Shown here: positions 46,709-57,727 of the stretch, in pieces
Layout: each line of letters begins with the position of its first letter
Position numbering within the stretch: position 1 is the first letter of the stretch
Assembly: GCA_965200925.1 (NCBI GenBank)
Contig: OZ241738.1
Location: 491,891-555,890, forward strand
From: Alphaproteobacteria bacterium
GTDB lineage: Bacteria > Pseudomonadota > Alphaproteobacteria > UBA828
DNA: 64,000 bases
Direction of reading: 5' to 3'
Program-made: the position numbers and the translations under genes
Notes under the pieces: model-generated
The model's database searches: none
Told to the model about the DNA's origin: nothing
What the model saw: only the letters and a program-made list of their open reading frames with translations

Positions 46709-47756
46709 GAGAAACCTCCTCGGGCGGGCGCGGGCCCATTCCGTTGAACGCGGCGAGCGAGCGCTCGACGGCGCTCCGCGAAAGCCCGTCGACGATGAAG
46801 ACGATGTGCGAGCGGCGGTCCGCGCCGGGCCAGGCGGCCAGATGCAGGGGCGGGTGGACCACGTGCTGCACGCCGTTGAGCACGACCGGTGCCGCCGTTC
46901 CCGCGACGTTGAGGACGCCCTTCACGCGCAGCACCCGTTCGCCGTGGGCATGGAGCAGCATGGTGAGCCAGATGCCGAACGCGGTCCAGTCGAGGGCGCC
47001 GTCGAAGCTCAGGGTGAAGGAATGGATGGTCGCGTCGTGGCGGCTCGCATCGTGCCCGTGCGGCCGGTCCACCGCCTTCCGGGCCTCCGCCGCGAGCCAG
47101 CGGCGCACGTCGGCGCCCTTGGTGCGCGGGTCGTAGATATCCGCGCGCAGCACGCGGCGGACGTCGACCTTGCCGTGTTCCGCCGTCAGGATGTCCGCCG
47201 AGCGGTTGAGCCGCTCCAGGCTGGCGCGGAGCCGCGCCAGCGCCGCCGCGTCGACGAGATCGGGTTTCGTCAACACGATCCTGTCGGCCGCCGCCGCCTG
47301 CTTCACCGCTTCCCCGCGCCGCGCGAGCTGCCGCGGGCCGTTTGCGCCGTCGACCGTCGCGACCACGGTAGCGAGCCGGTAATGGTGCTTGAGGACGGGA
47401 TCGGCGCTGAGCGTGGAGAGGATGGGCGCCGGGTCCGCGAGCCCGGTGGTCTCGACGATCAGCCGCCTGTAGGGAGGAATCTCGCCGCGCGCCCGCCTGC
47501 CGTCGAGGGCCAGGATCGAGTCCTTGAGGTCGCCGCGGATGGTGCAGCAGAGGCAGCCGCTCTGGAGCAGCACCGTGCTTTCGTCCATCGCCTCGACCAG
47601 GAAATGATCGAGGCCCACGGTGCCGAACTCGTTGACCAGCACGGCCGCGTCGGCGAGGGAGGGGTGCTTGAGCATGTGGTTCAGCAGCGTCGTCTTGCCG
47701 CTGCCGAGGAACCCGGTGACGACGAAGACCGGGGTCAGCCGCGCATAGGCCGCCAT
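46614..47756 (-). CDS. CobW/G3E-family GTPase (COG0523 zinc-chaperone-like)
   Basis: FVVTGFLGSGKTTLLNHML, ESTVLLQSGCLCCTIRGDL (CxCC), TTGLADP. Start ATG 47756 chosen inside ORF 46614..48200. Tail overlaps the downstream gene. Confidence 0.8.
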   Translation of the reverse strand: MAAYARLTPVFVVTGFLGSGKTTLLNHMLKHPSLADAAVLVNEFGTVGLDHFLVEAMDESTVLLQSGCLCCTIRGDLKDSILALDGRRARGEIPPYRRLIVETTGLADPAPILSTLSADPVLKHHYRLATVVATVDGANGPRQLARRGEAVKQAAAADRIVLTKPDLVDAAALARLRASLERLNRSADILTAEHGKVDVRRVLRADIYDPRTKGADVRRWLAAEARKAVDRPHGHDASRHDATIHSFTLSFDGALDWTAFGIWLTMLLHAHGERVLRVKGVLNVAGTAAPVVLNGVQHVVHPPLHLAAWPGADRRSHIVFIVDGLSRSAVERSLAAFNGMGPRPPEEVSHAGQDRDPGRRAGRQRLGDRLRPRRPAGRAV

Positions 47757-48097
47757 TCTCCCCCCGCCCGCCCGGCCTCTTCGAGCGCCGAAACCAGGGC
47801 GGGATTGAGCGGGTCCGCGGCCCGCCCGGTCAGCCGCTCGACCGCCATCCAGAGGCCCGGCAGGTCGGCGGTCACCTCGGTCGCGCCGCCGCTCCTGTTG
47901 TGCACGAGATACCGGGCGCCGGCCCAGTCGTCGGCCGCGCACCCGTAAGCCGCGAGGACGCGGTTCAGCAGCGCGAGCCTGTGCCGACGTTCGAGATGGC
48001 GGGTGCGGCCGCCGGGCGCCGCGTCGCTGCGGCCGGCGTCGGTCCCGGCCTCCGTCCAGTGCGGGCCTTCCGCCAGGGCGCCGCAGAGCGCGCACAT
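47735..48097 (-). CDS. Small hypothetical protein (CxxC N-terminus) upstream of the cobW-like gene
   Basis: ORF only; MCALCGALAEGPHW...; co-directional with and overlapping the cobW-like start. Confidence 0.3.
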   Translation of the reverse strand: MCALCGALAEGPHWTEAGTDAGRSDAAPGGRTRHLERRHRLALLNRVLAAYGCAADDWAGARYLVHNRSGGATEVTADLPGLWMAVERLTGRAADPLNPALVSALEEAGRAGGEWRPMRG

Positions 48098-48102
48098 CGG
48101 GT

Positions 48103-49014
48103 CTATTTCTTCTTCCTGGAGGGCTTCCGGCCCTTGAACGGCCGGCGCCTGATGAAGTCGTCGGCGATCTCGTCGAAGGTCGCCCAGCGGACCCCGTCAT
48201 GGGCGCCGATATGGGCGATGATTCGCTCGAGCATGAGGAGCGTCTGCGGGCGGCCCGAAATGTCGGGGTGGATGGTGAGCGTATAGACCGCGTAATCCAT
48301 CTCGCGGTAGACCCAGTCGAACTGGTCGCGCCACCAGTCCTCGATGTCCCGGGGGTTGGTCCAGCCGCCGGAATTCGGCACCTTCTTCATGAACATCATC
48401 GGCGGCAGGTCGTCGAGATACCAGCTGCCGGGGATCTGCACGATGGGGAAGGTATCGCCCTTCTTCATCGGCTTCATCCAGGTCTTCGCCGGCTTGGAAT
48501 AGTCGATCAGCGTCCATTCCTCGTTGATGCGCATCCAGTACGGTTCGAAGTCGTGGTGCATCTGGCTGTGGTCGTACTTGATGCCGCGCTCCATCAGCAG
48601 GTGCGGGGTGTGGGCGCTCATCTCCCACCACGGCGCGACATAGCCGGTGGGGGCGCGCCCGCCCTGGAGCTTCGTCACCAGCGCCATGGTCTTGTCGAGG
48701 ATGTCCGCCTCCTGCTCGGGCGTCATGGCGATGGGGTTCTCGTGGGTGTAGCCGTGCAGCCCGATCTCGTGCCCGGCAGTCGCCACGGCCTTCATCTCCT
48801 TCGGGAAGGTCTCGATCGAGTGGCCGGGGATGAACCAGCTGGTGCGGATGCCCAGCCGGTCGAACAGCTTGAGCATCCGGGGGGTTCCGACCTCGGCGGC
48901 GAAGACGCCGCGCGAAATGTCGCTGGGCGAATCGCCGCCGGCATAGGAGCCGATCTGCCCCGCCACCGCGTCCACGTCCACCCCGATCCCGACGAAGATC
49001 TCCTTCCTGGCCAT
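48103..49014 (-). CDS. Polysaccharide deacetylase family protein
   Basis: Start ATG 49014 with SD ggagggcggg. Deacetylase motif [21 protein letters not shown]...[12 protein letters not shown]. Confidence 0.8.
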   Translation of the reverse strand: MARKEIFVGIGVDVDAVAGQIGSYAGGDSPSDISRGVFAAEVGTPRMLKLFDRLGIRTSWFIPGHSIETFPKEMKAVATAGHEIGLHGYTHENPIAMTPEQEADILDKTMALVTKLQGGRAPTGYVAPWWEMSAHTPHLLMERGIKYDHSQMHHDFEPYWMRINEEWTLIDYSKPAKTWMKPMKKGDTFPIVQIPGSWYLDDLPPMMFMKKVPNSGGWTNPRDIEDWWRDQFDWVYREMDYAVYTLTIHPDISGRPQTLLMLERIIAHIGAHDGVRWATFDEIADDFIRRRPFKGRKPSRKKK

Positions 49015-49173
49015 CCCGCCCTCCTTTCGGTTCGCTTCGCCCGAGCCTACGGAAGCCGCCGCGCCCTGGCAAGGCGGGTCTTGATGCGCACTTGCATCGG
49101 GGGCTAAAATCTGATAGGAACACACCATGCACAAAGAGACTGCCCGCCAGGGGCGAAGGGACCGCGCACCGGA

Positions 49174-50421
49174 GTGCTCCCGATGAGCGGCGGCCCGAAC
49201 TGGTCCAATCAGACGATCTGGACTGCGGACAACCTCGGCATCATGCGGGGGATGAACGCCGCGTCGGTTGACCTTATCTACCTCGACCCGCCGTTCAACT
49301 CGAAGGCCAATTACGCCGCGCCCATCGGAAGTAAGGCGGCCGGTGCCGCCTTCAAGGATACGTGGGGACTCGACGATGTGAATCTCGCGTGGCATGGCGA
49401 GATCATGCACGAGCATCCGGGGCTCTACGCCTTGCTCCAGGCGACGCGACAGATACACGGTGACTCCATGATGAGCTACCTCATCTACATGGCGATTCGC
49501 GTCATGGAGATGAGGCGGCTGCTCAAGCCGACCGGGAGCATCTACCTCCACTGCGACACCTTTGCCAGCCACTACCTGAAACTGCTGATGGACAGCTTGT
49601 TCGGAAAGCAATGCTTCCGAAACGAAATCGTGTGGCGGATCGGTTGGGTGAGCGGATTCAAGACGCAAAAACGGGGATGGATCAGAAACCACGATACCAT
49701 CCTGTATTACGTGGCCTCCCCGGGCGCCGCTAAACGGTTCAACAAGGAATACATCCCATATGCGTCCGATTATGTGCGGCGCGACGGAAAGAAGCCGACC
49801 GGCAAAGGCATTCCGTTAGAGGACACATGGAATTGCTCCGATGCCGACCGGCTGGACTCCCTGATGATCAAGAGCTTCGCTCAGAAGACTGGCTATCCGA
49901 CCGAAAAGCCGCTCGACTTGGTTCGGCGCATTATCCGGGCCAGCAGCAATGAGGGCGATATGGTGCTTGACCCCTTCTGCGGATGTGCCACGGCGTGTAT
50001 CGCGGCGGAGATCGAACAGCGCCGATGGGCAGGGATCGACATCTCACCGAAGGCGGCAGATCTCGTAAAAGACCGGATGGATAAGGAACTTGGCTTGTTC
50101 TACAAGGGCGCGCACCGTACCGACATCCCGAAGCGCACCGATCTTGGAAAGGTCATCCGCTACAACGATGCGAAGAACAAACGATACCTATACGGCGAGC
50201 AAGGCGGTTACTGTAACGGATGCGAACACCATTTCGAGATGCGTAACCTTGCGGTAGACCACATCATCCCGCGATCGAAGGGCGGAACGGACCATATCAG
50301 TAACCTGCAACTCCTGTGCGGGGCCTGCAACTCTCTCAAAGGCGACCGGCCCCACGAATACCTGCTTGCATGCCTGACTGACAAGGGATGGATAAGGCGG
50401 AAGAAGGCCGCTCGAAACTGA
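49174..50421 (+). CDS. Beta-class DNA (N6-adenine/N4-cytosine) methyltransferase fused to a C-terminal HNH endonuclease domain; lower-GC, no adjacent R gene
   Basis: Motif [15 protein letters not shown] precedes motif [18 protein letters not shown] (beta-class order). HNH: [45 protein letters not shown]. Confidence 0.75.
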   Translation: MLPMSGGPNWSNQTIWTADNLGIMRGMNAASVDLIYLDPPFNSKANYAAPIGSKAAGAAFKDTWGLDDVNLAWHGEIMHEHPGLYALLQATRQIHGDSMMSYLIYMAIRVMEMRRLLKPTGSIYLHCDTFASHYLKLLMDSLFGKQCFRNEIVWRIGWVSGFKTQKRGWIRNHDTILYYVASPGAAKRFNKEYIPYASDYVRRDGKKPTGKGIPLEDTWNCSDADRLDSLMIKSFAQKTGYPTEKPLDLVRRIIRASSNEGDMVLDPFCGCATACIAAEIEQRRWAGIDISPKAADLVKDRMDKELGLFYKGAHRTDIPKRTDLGKVIRYNDAKNKRYLYGEQGGYCNGCEHHFEMRNLAVDHIIPRSKGGTDHISNLQLLCGACNSLKGDRPHEYLLACLTDKGWIRRKKAARN

Positions 50422-50674
50422 ACGAGGTGCTTGACATGTGGGGGGATCTGGTATGTGGGTCTCCGAAACCCGCCTGCGCGCGAGGCATGAAACAAAAGAC
50501 AGGCGACAAGCCACCTGCCGTTGCTCTCGGCGCGTCATCCGCCATCTCTGGACGATCCTGCCGGTGGTTGAGGACGAGTGGGGTTTCCGAGGCGTTCGTG
50601 CATTTCGTACCCGACATCGAGTACGATCCGGAGTGGGCGATCCCAGTATGGCACGATGTCGCGCGGGATGAGAA

Positions 50675-50730
50675 CGCGCTTGCGCCATGCGCCCCGCCGG
50701 CCCTAGGCCTTGGCGCATGGCGCAAGCGCG
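50675..50730. terminator. 19-bp perfect inverted repeat (cgcgcttgcgccatgcgcc / ggcgcatggcgcaagcgcg) between convergent MTase-HNH and tldD; putative bidirectional terminator
   Basis: Read directly; 18-nt loop containing a cctagg palindrome; no T-tract. Confidence 0.4.
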
Positions 50731-50803
50731 TTCGACACCTTGGCTTACGCGCGCAAGCTCAAGGCCGCTGGAGTCGACGAAGCCCAGGCCGACGCGCCGC
50801 CGG

Positions 50804-52237
50804 TCAGGCTTCGGTACCGCCGACGGTGAGAGGGTCCACCAGGAGGGTGGGCAGGCCGACGCCGACGGGGACGCCCTGGCCGTCCTTGCCGCAGGTGCCG
50901 ACGCCCGGGTCGAGGGCGAAGTCGTCGCCGACGGCCGCCACCCTGGTGAGTACGTCCGGGCCGTTGCCGATCAGGCTCGCGCCCTTGAGCGGCGCGGTCG
51001 CCTTGCCGTCCTCGATCAGATACGCCTCGGAGGCCGAGAACACGAACTTGCCCGAGGTGATGTCCACCTGCCCGCCGCCGAAACTCCGCGCGTACACGCC
51101 CCGCTTCACCCGGCGCAGGATGTCCTCCGGCGCGGCGTCGCCGGCCGGCATGAAGGTGTTGGTCATGCGCGGCAGGGGCGCATGGGCAAAGCTCTCGCGC
51201 CGCCCGTTGCCGGTCGGCTCCATGCCCATCAGGCGGGCGTTCAGGCGGTCCTGAAGATAGCCGCGGAGGATGCCGTCCTCGATCAGCACCGTGCGCCCCG
51301 TGGGCGTGCCCTCGTCGTCCACGGTGAGCGAGCCGCGGCGGCGGTCGAGGGTCCCGTCGTCCACCACGGTGACGCCCGGCGCCGCGACTCGCGCGCCGAG
51401 AAGCCCGGAGAAGGCGCTGGTCTTCTTGCGGTTGAAATCGCCCTCCAGGCCGTGGCCCACCGCCTCGTGCAGCAGGATACCCGGCCAGCCGGGGCCCAGC
51501 ACCACCGGCATCTCGCCGGCCGGTGCCGCCACCGATTCGAGATTGACCAGCGCCTGGCGGAGCGCTTCGTCCACCTGCGCCCGCCACCGCTCGGGCGCCA
51601 GGAAATCCGCATAGGCGACGCGCCCGCCCGTCCCGTGGGAGCCCGTCTCCTGACGGGCGCCGTCGCCCACCATGACCGAGACGTCGAGGCGCACGAGGGG
51701 GCGCAGGTCGCAGGCAGAGGCGCCGTCGGCGCGGACGATCTGCACCGCCTGCCAGCTGCCGGAGAGGGAGGCCATCACCTGGCGCACCCGCGGCTCCTTC
51801 GCCCGCGCGTAGGCGTCGATCTCCGCCAGCGCCGCGACCTTGTCTTCGAAGGGCGCGGAATCGAGCGGGTTGTCGCCGGCGTAGAGCGCGCGGTCGGTCC
51901 GCGACGGCCCGTCCGCGTGAAGCCCGCCATGGCCCCGCCGGACGGCACGGACGGTCTCGCAGGCCCGCTTCAGCGCCGCCTCGTCGAGCGCGCCGGCGTG
52001 GGCGTAGGCGCTGGTCTCACCGGCCACGGCGCGCAGGCCGAAGCCCTGGGCGGTGTCGAAGGCGGCGTTCTTGAGGCGGCCGTCGTCGAACGCGAGGCGC
52101 TCGCTCTGGCGGTATTCGAGGAAGAGCTCGCCGTCGTCCGCGCCCTCCAGGGCCTCGCCCACCAGCCGCTCGGTGCGCGCCCGGTCGAGGCCGGTGCGCC
52201 CGAAGAAGAGATCGTCCGTGATCGATTCGCGGTTCAT
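50804..52237 (-). CDS. tldD: Metalloprotease TldD
   Basis: MNRESITDDLFFGRTGLDRARTERLVGEALEGADDGELFLEYRQSE... conserved throughout; 477 aa. Confidence 0.9.
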   Translation of the reverse strand: MNRESITDDLFFGRTGLDRARTERLVGEALEGADDGELFLEYRQSERLAFDDGRLKNAAFDTAQGFGLRAVAGETSAYAHAGALDEAALKRACETVRAVRRGHGGLHADGPSRTDRALYAGDNPLDSAPFEDKVAALAEIDAYARAKEPRVRQVMASLSGSWQAVQIVRADGASACDLRPLVRLDVSVMVGDGARQETGSHGTGGRVAYADFLAPERWRAQVDEALRQALVNLESVAAPAGEMPVVLGPGWPGILLHEAVGHGLEGDFNRKKTSAFSGLLGARVAAPGVTVVDDGTLDRRRGSLTVDDEGTPTGRTVLIEDGILRGYLQDRLNARLMGMEPTGNGRRESFAHAPLPRMTNTFMPAGDAAPEDILRRVKRGVYARSFGGGQVDITSGKFVFSASEAYLIEDGKATAPLKGASLIGNGPDVLTRVAAVGDDFALDPGVGTCGKDGQGVPVGVGLPTLLVDPLTVGGTEA

Positions 52238-52459
52238 CCTGGCCTCCCGCCGCCGGCGCGCCGGGCCGCGCCCGGCGGAAATCCGCGCCCCGACCGCCCG
52301 CCGTCAATGCAGGGCTTCAAAAACGACGGGGCGCGTGTTAGGACCCTGCCCGGTCCCGCATGCGCCATGCCGCGCAGCGCCGGGTGTGCGGGCGCGCCCC
52401 GGTCCGGGCATGGGCGCGACCTGTCAGGTGGCTTTCGCCGAGCGAGTGGAGGAGCCGGA

Positions 52460-53323
52460 GTGAGGTATCTCGCGAAACTGGGCGCGCGGATGACCGCCGC
52501 CGCCGGCTTGGCTGTCGCCGGACCGGCGGCGGCACAGGCGCCCACCCCCTGGGAGATCGATTTCCAGACCGCGCTCTCGCCCTCCATGGAGCGGATCGTC
52601 GATTTCAATTTCATGGTCACGATCATCATCGTGGTGATCACGGCCTTCGTGTTCGGCCTCATGGCATGGATCGTGATCCGCTACAACGCCAAGCGGAACC
52701 CGGTGCCGACGCGCACCACCCACAATACCCTCCTTGAAGTGGCCTGGACCATCGTGCCGGTGATCATCCTCCTGGTCATCGCCGTCCCCTCGTTCCGGCT
52801 GCTCTATTTCACCGACAGCGTCGAGGACGCCGACATGACCCTCAAGGCGGTTGGCCACCAGTGGTACTGGTCCTACGAATATCCCGACCACGGCGATTTC
52901 ACCTTCGACGCAGTGATGCTGGAGGAGGACGAGCTCGAGGAAGGGCAGCTCAGGCTGCTGGCGACCGACACCCCCGTCGTCCTGCCGGTCGGCGCCACGA
53001 TCAGGCTGCTCACCACCGCCGACGACGTGATCCACTCCTGGGCGGTGCCGGCGCTCGGCGTCAAGCTCGATTCGGTGCCCGGCCGGGTTAACGAGACCTG
53101 GTTCCGGATCAACCGGGAGGGCACCTATTACGGACAATGCTCCGAGCTCTGCGGGACGCTGCACGGCTTCATGCCGATCATGATCGAGGCGGTCCCGCAG
53201 GAAGCCTTCGACGCCTGGGTGGAGGAGGCGCGGGAGGAATACGCATCCACCGGCGCGCGCCCCGACCGCGTCGCGGCCCTCGCCGTCGGCGCGCCGGGGG
53301 AAGACGCGCCGGCGGCGCGCTGA
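52460..53323 (+). CDS. coxB: Cytochrome c oxidase subunit II
   Basis: GTG 52460 after SD ggaggagccggag. Two TM helices. CuA site HSWAVPALGVKLDSVPGRVNETWF...GQCSELCGTLHGFM. Confidence 0.9.
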   Translation: MRYLAKLGARMTAAAGLAVAGPAAAQAPTPWEIDFQTALSPSMERIVDFNFMVTIIIVVITAFVFGLMAWIVIRYNAKRNPVPTRTTHNTLLEVAWTIVPVIILLVIAVPSFRLLYFTDSVEDADMTLKAVGHQWYWSYEYPDHGDFTFDAVMLEEDELEEGQLRLLATDTPVVLPVGATIRLLTTADDVIHSWAVPALGVKLDSVPGRVNETWFRINREGTYYGQCSELCGTLHGFMPIMIEAVPQEAFDAWVEEAREEYASTGARPDRVAALAVGAPGEDAPAAR

Positions 53324-53338
53324 GGGAGGAGAGAGGCC

Positions 53339-54937
53339 ATGGCGCACGAGGCCCACGCCCACGCCACGCACGACCACATGCCGCGGGGCATCACGCGGTG
53401 GCTCTACTCCACCAACCACAAAGACATCGGCACGATGTACATCGCGTACGCGGTGGTGTTCGGCATCGTCGGCGCCGTGCTCTCCATCTTCATGCGGATC
53501 GAGCTCGCCGAACCGGGGATGCAGATCTTCGTCGATCCGCACACCTTCAACGTCTTCGTCACCGGCCACGGGCTGATCATGGTGTTCTTCATGATCATGC
53601 CGGCGTTCATCGGCGGCTTCGGCAACTGGTTCGTGCCGCTGATGATCGGGGCGCCCGACATGGCCTTCCCGCGCATGAACAACATCAGCTTCTGGCTGCT
53701 GGTGCCCTCGGGCGCGCTGCTGGTGACGTCGATGTTCGTGGATGGCGGCCCCGGGCCGGGGGTGGGCGCGGGCTGGACGGTGTACGCGCCGCTCTCGACC
53801 TCGGGCCACGTCGGGCCGGCGATGGACCTCGGCATCTTCGCGCTCCATCTCGCCGGCGCCTCCTCGATCCTGGGCGCCATCAACTTCATCACCACCATCC
53901 TCAACATGCGCGCGCCGGGCATGACGATGCACAAGCTGCCGCTGTTCGTCTGGTCGGTGCTGGTGACGGCGTTCCTGCTGCTGCTGTCGCTGCCCGTGCT
54001 CGCCGGCGCGATCACCATGCTGCTCACCGACCGCAATTTCGGCACCGCCTTCTTCGACGCGGCCGGCGGCGGCGATCCGATCCTCTACCAGCACCTGTTC
54101 TGGTTCTTCGGGCACCCGGAGGTCTACATCCTGATCCTCCCGGCCTTCGGGATCGTGAGCCACATCGTCTCGACCTTCTCCCGGAAGCCGGTCTTCGGCT
54201 ATCTGGGCATGGCCTACGCGATGGTCTCCATCGGCTTCATCGGCTTCGTCGTCTGGGCGCACCACATGTTCACGGTCGGCATGGACGTGGACACCCGCGC
54301 CTATTTCGTTGGCGCGACGATGGTCATCGCGGTGCCGACCGGCATCAAGATCTTCAGCTGGATCGCCACCATGTGGGGCGGCTCCATCGAGTTCAAGACG
54401 CCGATGCTCTGGGCCTTCGGCTTCATCTTCCTGTTCACCGTGGGCGGGGTGACGGGCGTGGTGCTGGCCAATGCCGGGCTGGATAGCGCGCTGCATGACA
54501 CCTACTACGTGGTCGCGCACTTCCACTACGTGCTGTCGCTCGGCGCGGTGTTCATCATCTTCGGCGCCTTCTACTACTGGATCGGCAAGATGTGCGGCCG
54601 GCAATATCCGGAGGCGCTCGGCAAGCTCCACTTCTGGATCACCTTCGTCGGCGTGAACCTCACCTTCTTCCCGATGCACTTCTCCGGCGTCTCGGGGATG
54701 CCGCGCCGCATCCCGGACTACCCGGACGCCTTCGCCGGGTGGAACATGATCTCGTCCATCGGCTCCTACATCTCGGCGGCGGGCCTGGTGCTGTTCCTCT
54801 ACATCCTGGTCTACACGCTGTTCTTCGGCCGGCGCTGCGCCGACAATCCGTGGGGCGAGGGCGCGCGCACCCTCGAATGGACGGTCCCGTCGCCCGCGCC
54901 ATTCCACACCCACGAAGAACTCCCCCGGGTCCGCTAG
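53339..54937 (+). CDS. ctaD: Cytochrome c oxidase subunit I
   Basis: [15 protein letters not shown]...[24 protein letters not shown]...[16 protein letters not shown]; 532 aa. Confidence 0.95.
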   Translation: MAHEAHAHATHDHMPRGITRWLYSTNHKDIGTMYIAYAVVFGIVGAVLSIFMRIELAEPGMQIFVDPHTFNVFVTGHGLIMVFFMIMPAFIGGFGNWFVPLMIGAPDMAFPRMNNISFWLLVPSGALLVTSMFVDGGPGPGVGAGWTVYAPLSTSGHVGPAMDLGIFALHLAGASSILGAINFITTILNMRAPGMTMHKLPLFVWSVLVTAFLLLLSLPVLAGAITMLLTDRNFGTAFFDAAGGGDPILYQHLFWFFGHPEVYILILPAFGIVSHIVSTFSRKPVFGYLGMAYAMVSIGFIGFVVWAHHMFTVGMDVDTRAYFVGATMVIAVPTGIKIFSWIATMWGGSIEFKTPMLWAFGFIFLFTVGGVTGVVLANAGLDSALHDTYYVVAHFHYVLSLGAVFIIFGAFYYWIGKMCGRQYPEALGKLHFWITFVGVNLTFFPMHFSGVSGMPRRIPDYPDAFAGWNMISSIGSYISAAGLVLFLYILVYTLFFGRRCADNPWGEGARTLEWTVPSPAPFHTHEELPRVR

Positions 54938-54956
54938 GCGGGGGCGGAGGGGCGCC

Positions 54957-55877
54957 ATGACCGAGCCCGCGGCCGCCGGGGCGGCCTCCGCCGGGAGCGC
55001 CGGCCCCGTCGCGCTGGGCGACGCCCTGGCTCTGCTCAAGCCGCGGGTGATGTCGCTGGTCGTGTTCACGGGAGCGGTGGGCCTCGTCGTCGCGCCGGGC
55101 GGCATCCACCCCCTGATCGCGCTGGTCGCCGTGCTCTGCATCGCGGCCGGTGCCGGCGGCGCGGCGGCCATCAACATGTGGTACGACAGGGATATCGACG
55201 CCGCGATGGCGCGGACCCGCCACCGGCCCGTCCCGGCCGGGCGGGTGGAGCCCGGCGCCGCCTTGGGCCTCGGCATCGTCCTGTCGGCGGGGGCGACGGC
55301 GCTGATGGGAATCGCCGTCAACTGGCTGGCGGCCGGCCTGCTCGCCTTCACGGTCTTCTTCTATGTCGTGGTCTATACGATGTGGCTGAAGCGGCGCACG
55401 CCGCAGAACATCGTGATCGGCGGCGCCGCCGGCGCCTTCCCGCCGATGATCGGCTGGGCCGCGGCGACCGGCGAGGTCGGCCCCGCTGCGGCGGCGCTCT
55501 TCGCCATCGTCTTCCTGTGGACGCCGCCGCATTTCTGGGCGCTGGCGCTGGTCCGCGCCGACGACTACGCCCGTGCCGGCGTGCCGATGCTGCCGGTGAC
55601 GGCCGGTGCCCGCGCCACCCGCCGCCAGATCGCGGCCTACGCGCTGCTCCTGCTACCGGCGGGCTTGGCGCCTTGCGCGCTGGGCGCGGCGGGCGCGGTG
55701 TACGGGGCAGGCGCCCTCGTCCTGGGCCTTCTGCTGGCGGCGGGCGCGTTCCGGGTGTTGACGGACCGAGGCAAGGCGGCCGCCCGCCGGCTGTTCGGCT
55801 TCTCGATCCTCTACCTGTTCGCCCTGTTCGCGCTCCTGGTCGTGGACAGCGCGTGGCCGGTTCCGGTCTGGCCATGA
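54957..55877 (+). CDS. ctaB: Protoheme IX farnesyltransferase (heme O synthase)
   Basis: [21 protein letters not shown]...[25 protein letters not shown]... Confidence 0.9.
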   Translation: MTEPAAAGAASAGSAGPVALGDALALLKPRVMSLVVFTGAVGLVVAPGGIHPLIALVAVLCIAAGAGGAAAINMWYDRDIDAAMARTRHRPVPAGRVEPGAALGLGIVLSAGATALMGIAVNWLAAGLLAFTVFFYVVVYTMWLKRRTPQNIVIGGAAGAFPPMIGWAAATGEVGPAAAALFAIVFLWTPPHFWALALVRADDYARAGVPMLPVTAGARATRRQIAAYALLLLPAGLAPCALGAAGAVYGAGALVLGLLLAAGAFRVLTDRGKAAARRLFGFSILYLFALFALLVVDSAWPVPVWP

Positions 55878-56005
55878 GGGATGAAGCGAGGGGCCGCGAG
55901 GCCGGGCGGCGGCGGCGCGTGCGGAATCTCGCCGTCGGCGGCGCGCTGCTGGCGCTCGCGATCCTCTTCTACCTGATCACCATCGTCAGGATGGGAGGCG
56001 CGTGA
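55874..56005 (+). CDS. Small membrane protein of the cox cluster (CoxF-like position)
   Basis: 43-aa ORF with a single hydrophobic helix [20 protein letters not shown]; ATG overlaps the ctaB stop; sits between ctaB and ctaG. Confidence 0.35.
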   Translation: MRDEARGREAGRRRRVRNLAVGGALLALAILFYLITIVRMGGA

Positions 56006-56006
56006 G

Positions 56007-56594
56007 ATGGCGCGGGCGGGCAGGCGCCGGGTGGCGACCGCGCTCGTCCTGGGCGGGGTGGTCTTGGGCATGGCCGGCCTCGCCTTCGCCGCCGTCCCTC
56101 TCTACCGGCTCTTCTGCCAGGTGACCGGGTTCGGCGGCACCGTCCAGGTGGCGGAAGCGGCGCCGGCCGAGATCGGCGAGCGCATCGTCACGGTGCGCTT
56201 CAACGCCGACACCGCGCGCGACCTGCCCTGGCGCTTCGTTCCGGAGCGGCGCGCGATGGCCGTGCGCGTCGGCGAAGTGAACTTGGCGTTCTACAGCGCC
56301 GAGAACCTGTCCGACCGGGCCTCGGTTGGCAGTTCGACCTTCAACGTCACGCCGGTGAAGGCGGGGGTCTATTTCAACAAGATCGAATGCTTCTGCTTCG
56401 AGGAGCAGGCGCTCGCGCCGGGCGAGCGGGTGCGGTTCCCGGTGTCGTTCTTCGTCGATCCCGACATCGTCGAGGACCGGCGGCTCGACGATGTGAACAC
56501 GATCACCCTTTCCTATACGTTCTTCGGACGGGGCGGCGGTGCGGCCGAGGCCGCCCTGTCCGACGAGGGAGCGAGAGCGAGCGATGGCGGATAG
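56007..56594 (+). CDS. ctaG: Cytochrome c oxidase assembly protein CtaG/Cox11
   Basis: NADTARDLPWRFVPE...FNVTPVKAGVYFNKIECFCFEEQALAPGE (CFCF copper motif). Confidence 0.85.
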   Translation: MARAGRRRVATALVLGGVVLGMAGLAFAAVPLYRLFCQVTGFGGTVQVAEAAPAEIGERIVTVRFNADTARDLPWRFVPERRAMAVRVGEVNLAFYSAENLSDRASVGSSTFNVTPVKAGVYFNKIECFCFEEQALAPGERVRFPVSFFVDPDIVEDRRLDDVNTITLSYTFFGRGGGAAEAALSDEGARASDGG

Positions 56595-57390
56595 CGCGCA
56601 CGGTGCGGCGAACCACGATTTCCACATGGTGCGGCCGAGCCCGTGGCCGGTCATCGGCGCCCTCGGCGGCGGCGGGCTGGGCCTGGGCGGCGTCGTCGTC
56701 TTCATGCATTCCGGGCAGCTCTGGCTGATGACGATCGGCGGCCTCGTCGTCCTCCTGACCATGTATTTCTGGTGGCGCGACGTGATCCGCGAGGGGCTGG
56801 TCGAAGGCGAGCACACCCAGGTGGTGCAGCGCGGCCTGCGCTTCGGCATGATCCTCTTCATCGCCTCGGAGGTCATGTTCTTCGCGGCGTTCTTCTGGGC
56901 GTTCTTCAACGCCTCGATCATGCCGACGGACGCCATCGGCAACGTCTGGCCGCCGCCCGGAGTCGAGGTCATCCCGGCTTGGCGGCTGCCCTTCATCAAC
57001 ACGCTGCTGCTGCTCACCTCGGGCGCGACGGTGACCTGGGCCCACCACGCGCTCCGCCACGGCAACCACCGGCACACGATCTACGGGCTGGCGCTGACCG
57101 TCATGCTCGGCGTCGCCTTCATCGGCGTCCAGGGCTACGAATACGCCCATGCGGCGTTCGGCTTCCGCGAGGGGATCTACCCCTCCACCTTCTTCATGGC
57201 GACGGGGTTCCACGGCTTCCACGTGACGGTCGGCGCGATCTTCCTCGCGGTCTGCCTCTACCGGGCGTTGAAGCGCCAGTTCAAGCCGGATCAGCACATC
57301 GGCTTCGAGGCGGCCGCGTGGTACTGGCATTTCGTCGACGTGGTCTGGCTGTTCCTCTTCATCTGGGTCTATTGGTGGGGCGAGGGCTGA
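56584..57390 (+). CDS. coxC: Cytochrome c oxidase subunit III
   Basis: HDFHMVRPSPWP...ASEVMFFAAFFWAFF...GFHGFHVTVG... Confidence 0.9.
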   Translation: MADSAHGAANHDFHMVRPSPWPVIGALGGGGLGLGGVVVFMHSGQLWLMTIGGLVVLLTMYFWWRDVIREGLVEGEHTQVVQRGLRFGMILFIASEVMFFAAFFWAFFNASIMPTDAIGNVWPPPGVEVIPAWRLPFINTLLLLTSGATVTWAHHALRHGNHRHTIYGLALTVMLGVAFIGVQGYEYAHAAFGFREGIYPSTFFMATGFHGFHVTVGAIFLAVCLYRALKRQFKPDQHIGFEAAAWYWHFVDVVWLFLFIWVYWWGEG

Positions 57391-57400
57391 TCGCGAGGCC

Positions 57401-57727
57401 ATGGGGGAGAGCTACCATCCACCGGTCTCGGTCCTGAAGGCGGGTTTCCTCTCCCGCTGCCCCCGCTGCGGGCGCGGCAGGCTCTTCGCCGGCTACCTGC
57501 GCGTCGCCGAACGGTGTGAGGCCTGCGCCTTCGAATTGCGGCGGCACGACAGCGGCGACGGGCCGGCGGTCTTCGTCATGTTCCTCGTCGGCGGAGTCGT
57601 CGTCGCCCTCGCGCTCTGGCTCGAACTCGCCTTTGAACCGCCCTATTGGCTCCACGTGGCGTTGTGGGCGCCCCTGATCGTCGTCGGCAGCCTCGTCCTG
57701 CTGTGCGGCCCGCCAAGGCCATCCTGA
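57401..57727 (+). CDS. DUF983 family protein (cox-cluster associated)
   Basis: CPRCGRGRLFAGYLRVAERCEAC zinc-ribbon-like region followed by 2 TM helices; 108 aa. Confidence 0.75.
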   Translation: MGESYHPPVSVLKAGFLSRCPRCGRGRLFAGYLRVAERCEACAFELRRHDSGDGPAVFVMFLVGGVVVALALWLELAFEPPYWLHVALWAPLIVVGSLVLLCGPPRPS

